A DNA stretch of 64,000 nt from a virus: positions 9,779 through 73,778 of IMG/VR virus record IMGVR_UViG_3300042323_000705, one strand, 5' to 3'. This document shows, one piece after another, positions 55,615 to 64,000 of this stretch (the first letter of the stretch is position 1; each line of letters starts with the position of its first letter). The position numbers were made by a program, and so were the translations under genes. Below the pieces are notes generated by a model, which was given only the letters and a program-made list of their open reading frames with translations, ran no database searches and had not been told where the DNA came from.

Positions 55615-56715
55615 ATGTACGCAAAATTAGTAACAAGCGGTGCTGCAGTTATACCATCACGCCTAATTAGAGATATTGTGGCTCTATGTACTTCTGCAAC
55701 TCCATCTTTAGCTAACCTAAGTGGTAGTGGATTTAGTAACACATCAAGTGTTATTGTAGACAATACTCCAGCAGGATGGACATATGTTCATAGTAGTTTA
55801 GATGGAGCTGCTTTAGGAAGTGGCTCAGTCCCAGCGGCAACATCATACCAGTGGTGGGCTATGAAGTCTCCATGTCTTGCCCCAGCTGGAAAAGAAAAGT
55901 TTGCTGTTATAAACATGACATACAGTGATACTACTACATATGGAGGATTTTGGTTAGCAGGTGCTTCAAACGTAGTAACTACTACAATTACAAATAGAGG
56001 TTCGCATGGATATGCGACTACTGATGCGTTTGCAACAGCATTGATAAGCGATGCTCAGAATGCCTTTAGTAACGCTGCAAACCAAACCTTTCACCTTATT
56101 GCAACTCCAAGATTTGTATTGATAGTAAGAGAAGGTCTAAAGTACCATGGTGTATTTGAACATAGTGCATCAGAATTACACGAGTTTTATAGTACAGCAC
56201 CATTTTGTCAACTTAATATCGGAGCAAATACTTATGGTCCGGGATCTTCTGGCCCAGGCACACTTGGAGGAATTCAAATAAACGGTACAGTTTCAGTTGC
56301 TGGAGCTGGAAATACTCATACTTTTGAAACATTCAACTTTACTGACCCTAATACTAATATAAACTACGGTGTTCTAAGTTTTGGAGGCCCAAGCGAAGGC
56401 GGCATCGCCGCGGCTGCTTCTTTAGCACAACAACCTTTTATCTGGTCATCTAGAATGTCAGCAACATTATCGGCAACTGGGGCTACAAGAAATATTGTGA
56501 AGCCAATGTTGTTCCAAGGATTCGGTTATGGACTACCAACTTGTTGGATCACCGGCATCAGTGATGTTTGGTTTACACGAGGCAGTGCTGGTACAACCGG
56601 AGACACTATGATCATTAATGGTGATACTTATACCTACTTCAATGCAATTTCTTCTGCACAAGCCTCTGGTAATAAAACTGCCGGATTTGTGGTGAACACA
56701 GGACAGACGGCATAA
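55615..56715 (+). CDS. Putative virion structural protein
   Basis: 366 aa, Ser/Thr/Gly-rich, ending GDTMIINGDTYTYF. Confidence 0.6.
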   Translation: MYAKLVTSGAAVIPSRLIRDIVALCTSATPSLANLSGSGFSNTSSVIVDNTPAGWTYVHSSLDGAALGSGSVPAATSYQWWAMKSPCLAPAGKEKFAVINMTYSDTTTYGGFWLAGASNVVTTTITNRGSHGYATTDAFATALISDAQNAFSNAANQTFHLIATPRFVLIVREGLKYHGVFEHSASELHEFYSTAPFCQLNIGANTYGPGSSGPGTLGGIQINGTVSVAGAGNTHTFETFNFTDPNTNINYGVLSFGGPSEGGIAAAASLAQQPFIWSSRMSATLSATGATRNIVKPMLFQGFGYGLPTCWITGISDVWFTRGSAGTTGDTMIINGDTYTYFNAISSAQASGNKTAGFVVNTGQTA

Positions 56716-56717
56716 AA

Positions 56718-56882
56718 ATGGCAGAAATAGTAGAAACACCTATACAGTCTGAACTAGACTTTTTCGCAGATATAATAGAGTATGACAGGTTTGCACCAAT
56801 GACTCTTGGATTTGTATACGATGGGTTAATTGACTATAATATCATTAGACCCGCAAATGGCGTTCAAATCGTAGAAAATTAA
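56718..56882 (+). CDS. Small hypothetical protein (54 aa)
   Basis: Hand-translated MAEIVETPIQSELDFFADII...; fills the gap. Confidence 0.5.
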   Translation: MAEIVETPIQSELDFFADIIEYDRFAPMTLGFVYDGLIDYNIIRPANGVQIVEN

Positions 56883-56922
56883 AAATTTTTAAAAACAACA
56901 ACACCACAAGGGAGATTGAACT

Positions 56923-59223
56923 GTGGCAGACAAAGACTTTATAGTTAAAAATGGACTAATAGTTGGTAATGGTAATCTTGGCGTTGGAACGACTACCCCT
57001 GCAGTCAAGACAGAAATCTCCGGCAATACCTCTACCGCCTGCATCTTTTCGTCCACGATAACGGGAACCACGATGGACGTGACCGCAGTCACCAGCGGTA
57101 CTTTGGCTGTCGGGCAGTATGTGAACTCATCAACTGGTCGAGTCCGCATCACCGCGCTTGGCACTGGAACGGGCGGTGTTGGAACCTACATCTTAGATAC
57201 CGATCTAACGGGGACTTTTGGTATCAACAGAAGCTATGTCACTGAGCCGATAACGACACGTCTGGGAAACTCGACAACTTCTTTCGACCGAAGCATCCCT
57301 TTTGGTGTGATTGAATTTGGCGGTGCTATCACTAATATTGGCCCCAGAGGCTATATCCAGACGATATCGTCAATCAATGGGACATCTACCGGATCTATGA
57401 TGTTTGGTGTTGGCACTGGAAACGCAACAGCGCCGCCCAGAACAGCTTTAAACCTCCTTCAGACTAACGCCCAGTTCTCGGGGAATCTATCTATCGGCGT
57501 TTCGTCTCTGTCACCGCGAAACCTAACGATTTTCCCAGCTACCCTGTTCCTCGGCGGTCGCTCCCAGACTATCTTCACGTCCGGGAACAACCTCTCCACC
57601 CTGTTCTTTGCTTCCAGCTACATTGACGGCGGCGTAGAGACACCCACCATTACCTACGGCCAACTTGGCTACCGCGTGGACAGTTCGATCACCTCGGGCC
57701 AACTCCCGACGAACTTCTACATCCAGACCCGCAATGCCTCCGGCACCACTGCTGACCGCTTCACCATCGACAAGGATGGCAGTGTAGGTATTGGGACAAC
57801 TGCTCCTTTGCATGATCCAAACTCCGGTCCTGTGATTGAAATAAAAGGTACAGCAACAAATAGAATTGGTGGTTTAGTTCTTAGGTCATCAGATAACACA
57901 GTTGACGCTAGATTTAGAGCTTGGAACGGTCAAGTTTTTATTGGCGCAGAATCATCTAACGATTTGATACTGAGAACAAATGGTGCTGATCGCATAACGA
58001 TTAAGTCTTCTGATGGATACGTCGGCATTGGCACAGCCACACCGTTCTATAGGTTAGACGTTTCGGGAGACGTGAGGCTTGGCGGCTCTGTCGGTGTCCT
58101 CAAGGACCCCGGGAGCTTCAGCCTCGACGTCTTTGGGTACGTAAACGCTGACGGTCTGGCTATCGGCGGCACGGCGATCACCGCTACCGCTGCAGAGCTG
58201 AACTTCGTTGATGGTGTCACTTCCGCCATCCAGACGCAGCTTGATGCTAAAGCCCCTCTGGCTTCCCCCGCACTCACGGGCACCCCTACGGCTCCGACTG
58301 CTGCTGTAGGCACTAACACTACGCAGATTGCTACTACAGCTTATGTCAATGCTGAGATCGCGAATGACGCCCCGACCAAGACTGGCGGAGGTGCTTCTGG
58401 CTCTTGGGGTATTGACGTAACGGGTAACGCTGCTACAGCTACAGCTTTAGCTTCTGGTGGGGCTGATCGTATTAAGCTCGATGGTATCGCTAGCGGAGCT
58501 AATAACTACACCCTGCCTGCCGCTACTTCCACTGCTCTTGGTGGTGTAGAACTCTTTTCAGATACAGTGCAGTCTGTTGCAGCTAACGCTGTTTCAGCAA
58601 CTGCTAGCAGAACCTATGGAGTTCAAGTTAACTCTGCAGGTCAAGCTGTTGTTAACGTTCCTTGGGTTGACACAGATACTACCACAGATGCTACTAAGCT
58701 ACCTCTAGCAGGTGGTACTATGACTGGTGCAATTACCTTTGCAGCTGGTCAAACTTGGCCTACCTTTAACCAAAACACTACAGGTACAGCTACTACTGCT
58801 ACAACAGCAAACGCACTTAACACTGCAAACAACTACCAAGTAAATAGTCTTGGTGTTGGTACTGCAGCTTCTGGCACTGCTGGTGAAATTAGAGCTACTA
58901 ACAACGTTACAGCCTATTACTCTGATGACAGGCTTAAAACTAAGCTAGGTGTAATTGATAACGCTCTAGAAAAAGTCTTGTCTTTGTCTGGCTTTTACTA
59001 TGAAGCAAACTCAGTAGCGCAAGCTCTTGGGTATGAAGTAAAACAAGAAGTAGGTGTTTCTGCTCAAGAAGTACAAGCTGTTATGCCTGAAGTAGTTGCT
59101 CCAGCTCCTATTGACGAGCGTTACTTGACTGTTCGTTATGAACGTCTTGTACCCTTGTTAATCGAGGCTATCAAAGAACAACAACAACAAATTAACGAGC
59201 TAAAAGCTAAGCTAGGAGAATAA
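56923..59223 (+). CDS. Tail fibre/spike with C-terminal intramolecular chaperone (peptidase S74)
   Basis: Repeated G.VGIGT..P; SDDRLK...GVSAQEVQAVMPEVV...VRYERLVPLLIEAIKEQ. Confidence 0.88.
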   Translation: MADKDFIVKNGLIVGNGNLGVGTTTPAVKTEISGNTSTACIFSSTITGTTMDVTAVTSGTLAVGQYVNSSTGRVRITALGTGTGGVGTYILDTDLTGTFGINRSYVTEPITTRLGNSTTSFDRSIPFGVIEFGGAITNIGPRGYIQTISSINGTSTGSMMFGVGTGNATAPPRTALNLLQTNAQFSGNLSIGVSSLSPRNLTIFPATLFLGGRSQTIFTSGNNLSTLFFASSYIDGGVETPTITYGQLGYRVDSSITSGQLPTNFYIQTRNASGTTADRFTIDKDGSVGIGTTAPLHDPNSGPVIEIKGTATNRIGGLVLRSSDNTVDARFRAWNGQVFIGAESSNDLILRTNGADRITIKSSDGYVGIGTATPFYRLDVSGDVRLGGSVGVLKDPGSFSLDVFGYVNADGLAIGGTAITATAAELNFVDGVTSAIQTQLDAKAPLASPALTGTPTAPTAAVGTNTTQIATTAYVNAEIANDAPTKTGGGASGSWGIDVTGNAATATALASGGADRIKLDGIASGANNYTLPAATSTALGGVELFSDTVQSVAANAVSATASRTYGVQVNSAGQAVVNVPWVDTDTTTDATKLPLAGGTMTGAITFAAGQTWPTFNQNTTGTATTATTANALNTANNYQVNSLGVGTAASGTAGEIRATNNVTAYYSDDRLKTKLGVIDNALEKVLSLSGFYYEANSVAQALGYEVKQEVGVSAQEVQAVMPEVVAPAPIDERYLTVRYERLVPLLIEAIKEQQQQINELKAKLGE

Positions 59224-59224
59224 C

Positions 59225-60031
59225 ATGGTTTTACCTACAGGACAAATTTCTATGTCTCAGGTTAACACTGAGTTAAGCTTAGCTACTACTACTACTATTA
59301 GCCTAAACCAAACAAACGTTAGAACTCTTGCTGGTGTAGCTTCAGGAGCAATTAGTATGAACAACTTAAGAGGTAAGTCTGCTGGTGTAGATAAATCTGC
59401 AACTACTTGGAGCAGAATTATTTTAACAACTGCAACTAGTGCAACTTACCCTGCAGGTATACGTGCTGGTGATGCTGTTTTTATTTTACATCATCAGATT
59501 TTCAATGCGCCTGCTCCAAACGCAACCCTATTTTCAACAATACCAGGTACAGCGGTAGTGAAAAGGCAATTTATGGCTTTTAGCCCTCAAATTAACAGAT
59601 TTGTACATTCTCAACAGTCTATAAACTTTTTACCTGGAACTAATACCCTTAGTGGTACTAGCATAGCAGCCGCTAACAATCGTATTGTTGTATTTCGTCG
59701 TAGTCCAGATTATTTTCAAGATCCTACTATCGCTTTTCTTGGCACAGAAGTTTCTACAGCAGCATACCCGTCACAAGCGGTTGCGTACACTGGAAGTCCT
59801 TCCGTTATCCTAGGTCTAGCCAGCACAAGTAGATCTAACCTTTCTTCTAACACGATGACAACAACAATAGGTGGGGTTACTCCTACTCTTGACTCGTTTG
59901 CAGCTAGTACTGTTGATGTAGTGCGTTTATTCTATCGTTTAAATATTACTCCTGCTTCTCTAACAACTGCTGCGACTGTTAACTTTACTGGTACTACTAT
60001 GTCTGGTTATCGCCCATTTGTTATCCATTAA
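59225..60031 (+). CDS. Fibre-associated / adhesin-like protein
   Basis: MVLPTGQISMSQVNTEL...GAISMNNLRGKS N-terminus, common after S74 fibres. Confidence 0.6.
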   Translation: MVLPTGQISMSQVNTELSLATTTTISLNQTNVRTLAGVASGAISMNNLRGKSAGVDKSATTWSRIILTTATSATYPAGIRAGDAVFILHHQIFNAPAPNATLFSTIPGTAVVKRQFMAFSPQINRFVHSQQSINFLPGTNTLSGTSIAAANNRIVVFRRSPDYFQDPTIAFLGTEVSTAAYPSQAVAYTGSPSVILGLASTSRSNLSSNTMTTTIGGVTPTLDSFAASTVDVVRLFYRLNITPASLTTAATVNFTGTTMSGYRPFVIH

Positions 60032-60045
60032 TAAAAAGGAAAATT

Positions 60046-60393
60046 ATGAATACTTATACATGGAAAATCTTATCTCTCGAAGTTACTCCTCAAGAAAACT
60101 CGCTAGTAAATGTTGTAAAAGGAGTAAACTATAAAATAGTAGCTGTTTCAGAAGATAACCTTACCTCTGAAGTGTTACTTTGGGCAACACTTAACTCACC
60201 CACAGAAAGTTTTACAAACTATGAAGAACTTACAGAAGAACAAATAATTTCTTGGATAAAAAATTATTTGCTAAGTTTTGATGTTGAAATGATAGGAGAT
60301 ATCGATTTAGTAAAACAAGTATATAACAGTCTTGATCATAAAATTAATTTTATTCGTGAGAATTCTCTATTACAAAAACCTTTACCTTGGTAA
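60046..60393 (+). CDS. Hypothetical protein (paralogue of 60628)
   Basis: YTWKI...YEELTEEQIISW...LPW. Confidence 0.65.
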   Translation: MNTYTWKILSLEVTPQENSLVNVVKGVNYKIVAVSEDNLTSEVLLWATLNSPTESFTNYEELTEEQIISWIKNYLLSFDVEMIGDIDLVKQVYNSLDHKINFIRENSLLQKPLPW

Positions 60394-60635
60394 AACAACA
60401 ATATATTATGAAAAGGATTAAAAAGATGGAAAAGAAACAACCACAAACCATCACTATTAATAACGTAGAGTACACTGAAGACCAGCTTACTGATCAACAA
60501 AAAGTTATCATTAACCATGTAGCTGACCTAGATCGTAAAATCGGCTCTACGCAGTTTAACTTAGACCAGCTGCAAGTAGGCCGTGAAGCTTTCATGAAAA
60601 TGCTTACAGAATCTTTGGAAAAGAAAAATGACTGA
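60387..60635 (+). CDS. Hypothetical coiled-coil protein
   Basis: ITINNVEY...DLDRKI...LDQLQVGREAF; real start probably MEKKQP. Confidence 0.65.
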   Translation: MVKQQYIMKRIKKMEKKQPQTITINNVEYTEDQLTDQQKVIINHVADLDRKIGSTQFNLDQLQVGREAFMKMLTESLEKKND

Positions 60636-60927
60636 TATCGTTTGGACAATTGAGCATCTAGAGCGTAATGCTATTAATGACGGTGTAACTGTTGCTCATT
60701 GGCGAGCTACAGCTACTGAAGGAGAGTATTCCTCTGCTACTTACGGAGCTAAAGGATTTAGCCCTCAACCTGATTCTTCTGACTTTACACCTTTTTCTGA
60801 ACTTACTCAAGAGCAAGTTTTAGGCTGGGTTTGGCGTACAGTAAATAAAGAAGAGACTGAAAAAGCTTTAACACTAGATATTGAACATAAGAAAAATCCA
60901 ATTACACTAACGGGCTTACCTTGGTAA
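60628..60927 (+). CDS. Hypothetical protein (paralogue of 60046)
   Basis: VWTIEHLE...FSELTQEQVLGW...GLPW. Confidence 0.65.
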   Translation: MTDIVWTIEHLERNAINDGVTVAHWRATATEGEYSSATYGAKGFSPQPDSSDFTPFSELTQEQVLGWVWRTVNKEETEKALTLDIEHKKNPITLTGLPW

Positions 60928-60942
60928 AGCTTAGGAGGTAAA

Positions 60943-63900
60943 ATGAGTCTAACCCAAGAATTATTTGACAGACAAATTGAGCACTTGCTCACAATTAGAC
61001 GTTATCAAGATGCTGCAAACTTACTTATCGATAAAGCTTCTAACCGTCACCGTGGCTTTCTAAAGAAAATTCTTGGAAAAGACTTAAGAGATCGGCTAGC
61101 ACTAGAGCGTGAGGTTACAAGGCATGTCCAAGAGCTTCACGCACTAGGCTCTAATGCTGTTTCTGACTTTATCGGAGCAGAGTTAGACTTCCAAACTAAC
61201 AACCTTAGACGCTCTGTTGGTGACTTTTATAGCGTAAACTCGGTTAACCGCGGACAACTTGCTAGAGAGATCACTAGCCAACCTCTCAAACTCTTTAACG
61301 AGAACAAGTCTCACCCTACTATGGTAAAGAGTTTTGAGAACGTAGGTGGTGCAGAGCTAACACGTATTAATCTTACAATTCGTAGAGGCATCGCTGCAGG
61401 TGAAGTCGAAGAAGATATCATCAAGAAAGTACTACAGACTACAAAACTAACTGACAACCAAGCTAAAACTCTTGTTACTACTCACATGACTCAAGCTGAC
61501 AACCTTGTCAAGCAAAAAGTACTTGAAGCAAACAAAGAAGTTTACTCTGGTTATGTCTTTACAGCTATCCTCGACTCTCGCACTAGCGAAATCTGTTCTC
61601 GTTATGACAATTTGTTCCAGTCAGCAGACAACGTAAAAGTTCGTCCTCCGTTACACTGGCGTTGCCGTTCTGTTCTTGTTCCTGTACTAAAGTCTAAGAA
61701 AGAAATCGCTCGCTCTACAAGTGACAGACTAAACAAAGAAAAGCTAGCTGCTGTAGCTGATAACACTCTTTCAGGTGCTCTACCTATCAAGGAAACCTTT
61801 AGCGAGTGGTTGATCCGTCAACCTATGGCAACAAAGTTAGACAAGTTAGGCTCAGAAGAACGAGTAGCTCTCTTCGAAAGAGGTGCTCTTGGCTTAACAG
61901 ATTTCTTTAGCAACTTAGGACGTCCTCTAGACATTAGTGCTGTACGTGTTAAGGACAACTTACTTACTTTCTTCAGTCCTGTTTCTCTTCGTGACAAAGA
62001 TCCTCAAGCTGCTTTCCTTAATGTTGCTAGACCTTTCCAAATTGTTCGTTCATCGCAAGTACAAAAAGATCTTGCTGATCTTATTGTTGCGGATACTTTA
62101 AACGGTAACTCAGCGATTAGTTTAACAGACTTTCGTGGTACTAGTATCGGTGGTAAGCGTGGTGTTCGTTCCCAAGCCAACAATGAATTTGATCCTCGCA
62201 ATCAAACCTTTGATCCTTTTACAGGAGAAGTACGTTCTACTCTTTACTACGATCCTGATTTCACGCTTCTTCGTGAACGTATTGACTATATGAAAGAGTC
62301 TAAGTTACTCGATCGTAATCAAAAACAGTTCATTGAAGACTTTACTAACAGTCTTGAAGATCGAGTGTCTGTAAACCAACAAACAGTAGTAGTAGAAAAC
62401 CTTCGTGTTCTATTTGAACGCTATCAAAAGAACCCAGAACCTTGGGAAAATTTTGTAGCTACCGTTCGAGCAGAAATGAACTTTTCTACGGTAAACGTTT
62501 CAAGGTTACTAGATCGTCGTTCACGTGCTCGCTCAGAGCTGTTCCTTGGTTTCAAGGGAGATCCTAACGAACCTGCAGTAATGATTCAGGGTCAAACACT
62601 AGCTATCTCTAAGCTACATAAAGAGAAGTTAGAATACGAACGTTATGTGAAAGACTGGGCTTCAACTGAAGGTATCAAGCTAGCTCGCAGTGTCTATTAT
62701 CGTGGTAAAGCTCCTTGGACTTCTTATTTCTTCGGTCCTAACGAAAAGCCAGAGGGTTTGTTTGAAACTCTTAAAGACAGCTTTATTAAACGCTCTATTC
62801 GCTCTATTTTTTATAAAGATGATCCTATTGGTTTTTATACTCGTTTCGGTAAAACTCCAGACAAATTTTCTAAAATTGTTAAAAAGTACTTAAAGAAGAA
62901 AGTTACTCCTGATTGGCTAACTATGTTTCTTGAAATTAAAGAAGAAGGCTTCGTTGACTTTATCACAAGAACTATCCGTGAAGAGTATCGTTCTATTGTA
63001 GACTTAGAATTCTTTTATAAGCTTAGACGCTCTTTAACCTTAGAACGTTTATTTATCCAAAAACTAACTGAACCTATCGAAGGTGACGTCACTCGTTCTA
63101 TGTCTCGTTTAATGGCGGTAATTGCGGAAGGTACTACTACAGACTATGACTCTCTAGCTATTAGCTTAGGTAAAGAGCTAAAATCTACTTGGAGTCCTAT
63201 CTACCCTATCTTCGGTTCTTCTCTTGAAGACTATCACGAGCAGGGATCAAAAATTCTTGAGTTGTTTCGTCAACAAGGGCTGATTAGAGTAAACTCTCGT
63301 GGTGTTACTCGCAGAGCTACAACAGACTTAGACACAGGTCGTGCTTCAGGTAATTGGAAAGATACTGTCTCAAGAGAAGTTCAAGTTGTTGATCCTGTTA
63401 TGCTCAAGCTACAAGACTACAATCGTCGTATTGAGTTATCTAATCGCTTAGGTGTAGACCGTCCTGAAAACAAATATTTTGTCGTTCCAGGTAAAAAGAC
63501 TTATGTAGACGCTCGTGGCCGTGATACTGGTGTTCCTGTTGTAACTCGTTCAGCTTTTTCTAAATTTGATGAAAAACAAATTGATGGCGATTTCGCCGAT
63601 ATGTTAAACCACACAATGTCTTTCCGTTATGAAGTAGACGATGAGTTTACTAGCTTTATGGATGATTTAGTTAGATTTAAAGACCAGAGAGGTAAAGCGG
63701 CTTACTATGACTCAATTAACGGCTTTCGTGAAGAAATTATCAGGCGAGGAGACCAAGGATATGGTCTTATGGAAACTATCAGGTACTATCGGGCCAATGG
63801 AAAGGCTTTCACCGTACATGCCCGTATTGACGGTCGTGGCCGCGTATATTATAATGGGTACTTAACACCTACTGGTGGTGAAGTAGTTCGTCCTTTCTTA

Positions 63901-64000
63901 AACACAGCTCATGCTGTTTCAATGACTCCTCAAGGCTTAAACCAGCTACGTATTCAAATGGCAGCTGTTATAGGTCCAGGTACTGAAGCACTTACTGATG
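60943..64000 (+). CDS. MuF (SPP1 gp7-like) head morphogenesis domain fused to a T7-family RNA polymerase; >1019 aa, 3' truncated
   Basis: AGGAGG RBS at 60933-60938; stop-free to the window end. MuF motifs TAILDSRTSEIC / PPLHWRCRS / FSEWLIRQP; RNAP motif IDGRGRVY...P.G at 63826-63876. Confidence 0.85.
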   Translation, partial: MSLTQELFDRQIEHLLTIRRYQDAANLLIDKASNRHRGFLKKILGKDLRDRLALEREVTRHVQELHALGSNAVSDFIGAELDFQTNNLRRSVGDFYSVNSVNRGQLAREITSQPLKLFNENKSHPTMVKSFENVGGAELTRINLTIRRGIAAGEVEEDIIKKVLQTTKLTDNQAKTLVTTHMTQADNLVKQKVLEANKEVYSGYVFTAILDSRTSEICSRYDNLFQSADNVKVRPPLHWRCRSVLVPVLKSKKEIARSTSDRLNKEKLAAVADNTLSGALPIKETFSEWLIRQPMATKLDKLGSEERVALFERGALGLTDFFSNLGRPLDISAVRVKDNLLTFFSPVSLRDKDPQAAFLNVARPFQIVRSSQVQKDLADLIVADTLNGNSAISLTDFRGTSIGGKRGVRSQANNEFDPRNQTFDPFTGEVRSTLYYDPDFTLLRERIDYMKESKLLDRNQKQFIEDFTNSLEDRVSVNQQTVVVENLRVLFERYQKNPEPWENFVATVRAEMNFSTVNVSRLLDRRSRARSELFLGFKGDPNEPAVMIQGQTLAISKLHKEKLEYERYVKDWASTEGIKLARSVYYRGKAPWTSYFFGPNEKPEGLFETLKDSFIKRSIRSIFYKDDPIGFYTRFGKTPDKFSKIVKKYLKKKVTPDWLTMFLEIKEEGFVDFITRTIREEYRSIVDLEFFYKLRRSLTLERLFIQKLTEPIEGDVTRSMSRLMAVIAEGTTTDYDSLAISLGKELKSTWSPIYPIFGSSLEDYHEQGSKILELFRQQGLIRVNSRGVTRRATTDLDTGRASGNWKDTVSREVQVVDPVMLKLQDYNRRIELSNRLGVDRPENKYFVVPGKKTYVDARGRDTGVPVVTRSAFSKFDEKQIDGDFADMLNHTMSFRYEVDDEFTSFMDDLVRFKDQRGKAAYYDSINGFREEIIRRGDQGYGLMETIRYYRANGKAFTVHARIDGRGRVYYNGYLTPTGGEVVRPFLNTAHAVSMTPQGLNQLRIQMAAVIGPGTEALTD

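Noticed and set aside
61602-62893. Short ORFs 61602-61790, 62004-62201 and 62690-62893
   Set aside because: All lie inside the >1019-codon MuF-RNAP frame.
1-64000. CRISPR array, diversity-generating retroelement, integrase/prophage, introns or inteins in RNR/polymerases/terminase, stop-codon recoding
   Set aside because: No repeat-spacer array, reverse transcriptase or recombinase motifs were seen; core genes are uninterrupted, of normal length, and read in the standard code.

Overview
This 64 kb, AT-leaning window is the bulk of a tailed dsDNA bacteriophage genome, apparently lytic (no integrase or repressor seen) and siphovirus-like. A DUF1127 protein and an IHF/HU-like protein hint at an alphaproteobacterial host, which is inference. 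Layout: 1-9.1 kb (+) tail-tip and lysis genes. 9.2-48.3 kb is mostly (-): an amidoligase/ATP-grasp/GATase cluster, class Ia RNR, a T7-like replisome (primase-helicase, exonuclease, PolA, SSB), a T7-like single-subunit RNA polymerase, tRNA-Arg and many small early genes. Two (+) islands carrying the terminase subunits are embedded in that block. 48.4-64 kb (+): PhoH, portal, a ~10 kb fibre-like block, then a very large ORF (60943 to beyond the window end) that the supplied ORF track omits. Translated by hand, that ORF is a MuF/SPP1-gp7 minor head protein fused to a second T7-family RNA polymerase, i.e. a candidate head-packaged virion RNAP. This is the top finding. Other findings include five copies of a 23-bp T7/SP6-style promoter (CACCTCTTnnCnnTAAA|GmAGAr), a promoter-led G-rich structured non-coding element at 44.5 kb, and a family A DNA polymerase with a substituted steric gate. 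All product calls come from motif recognition by eye; no searches were run.
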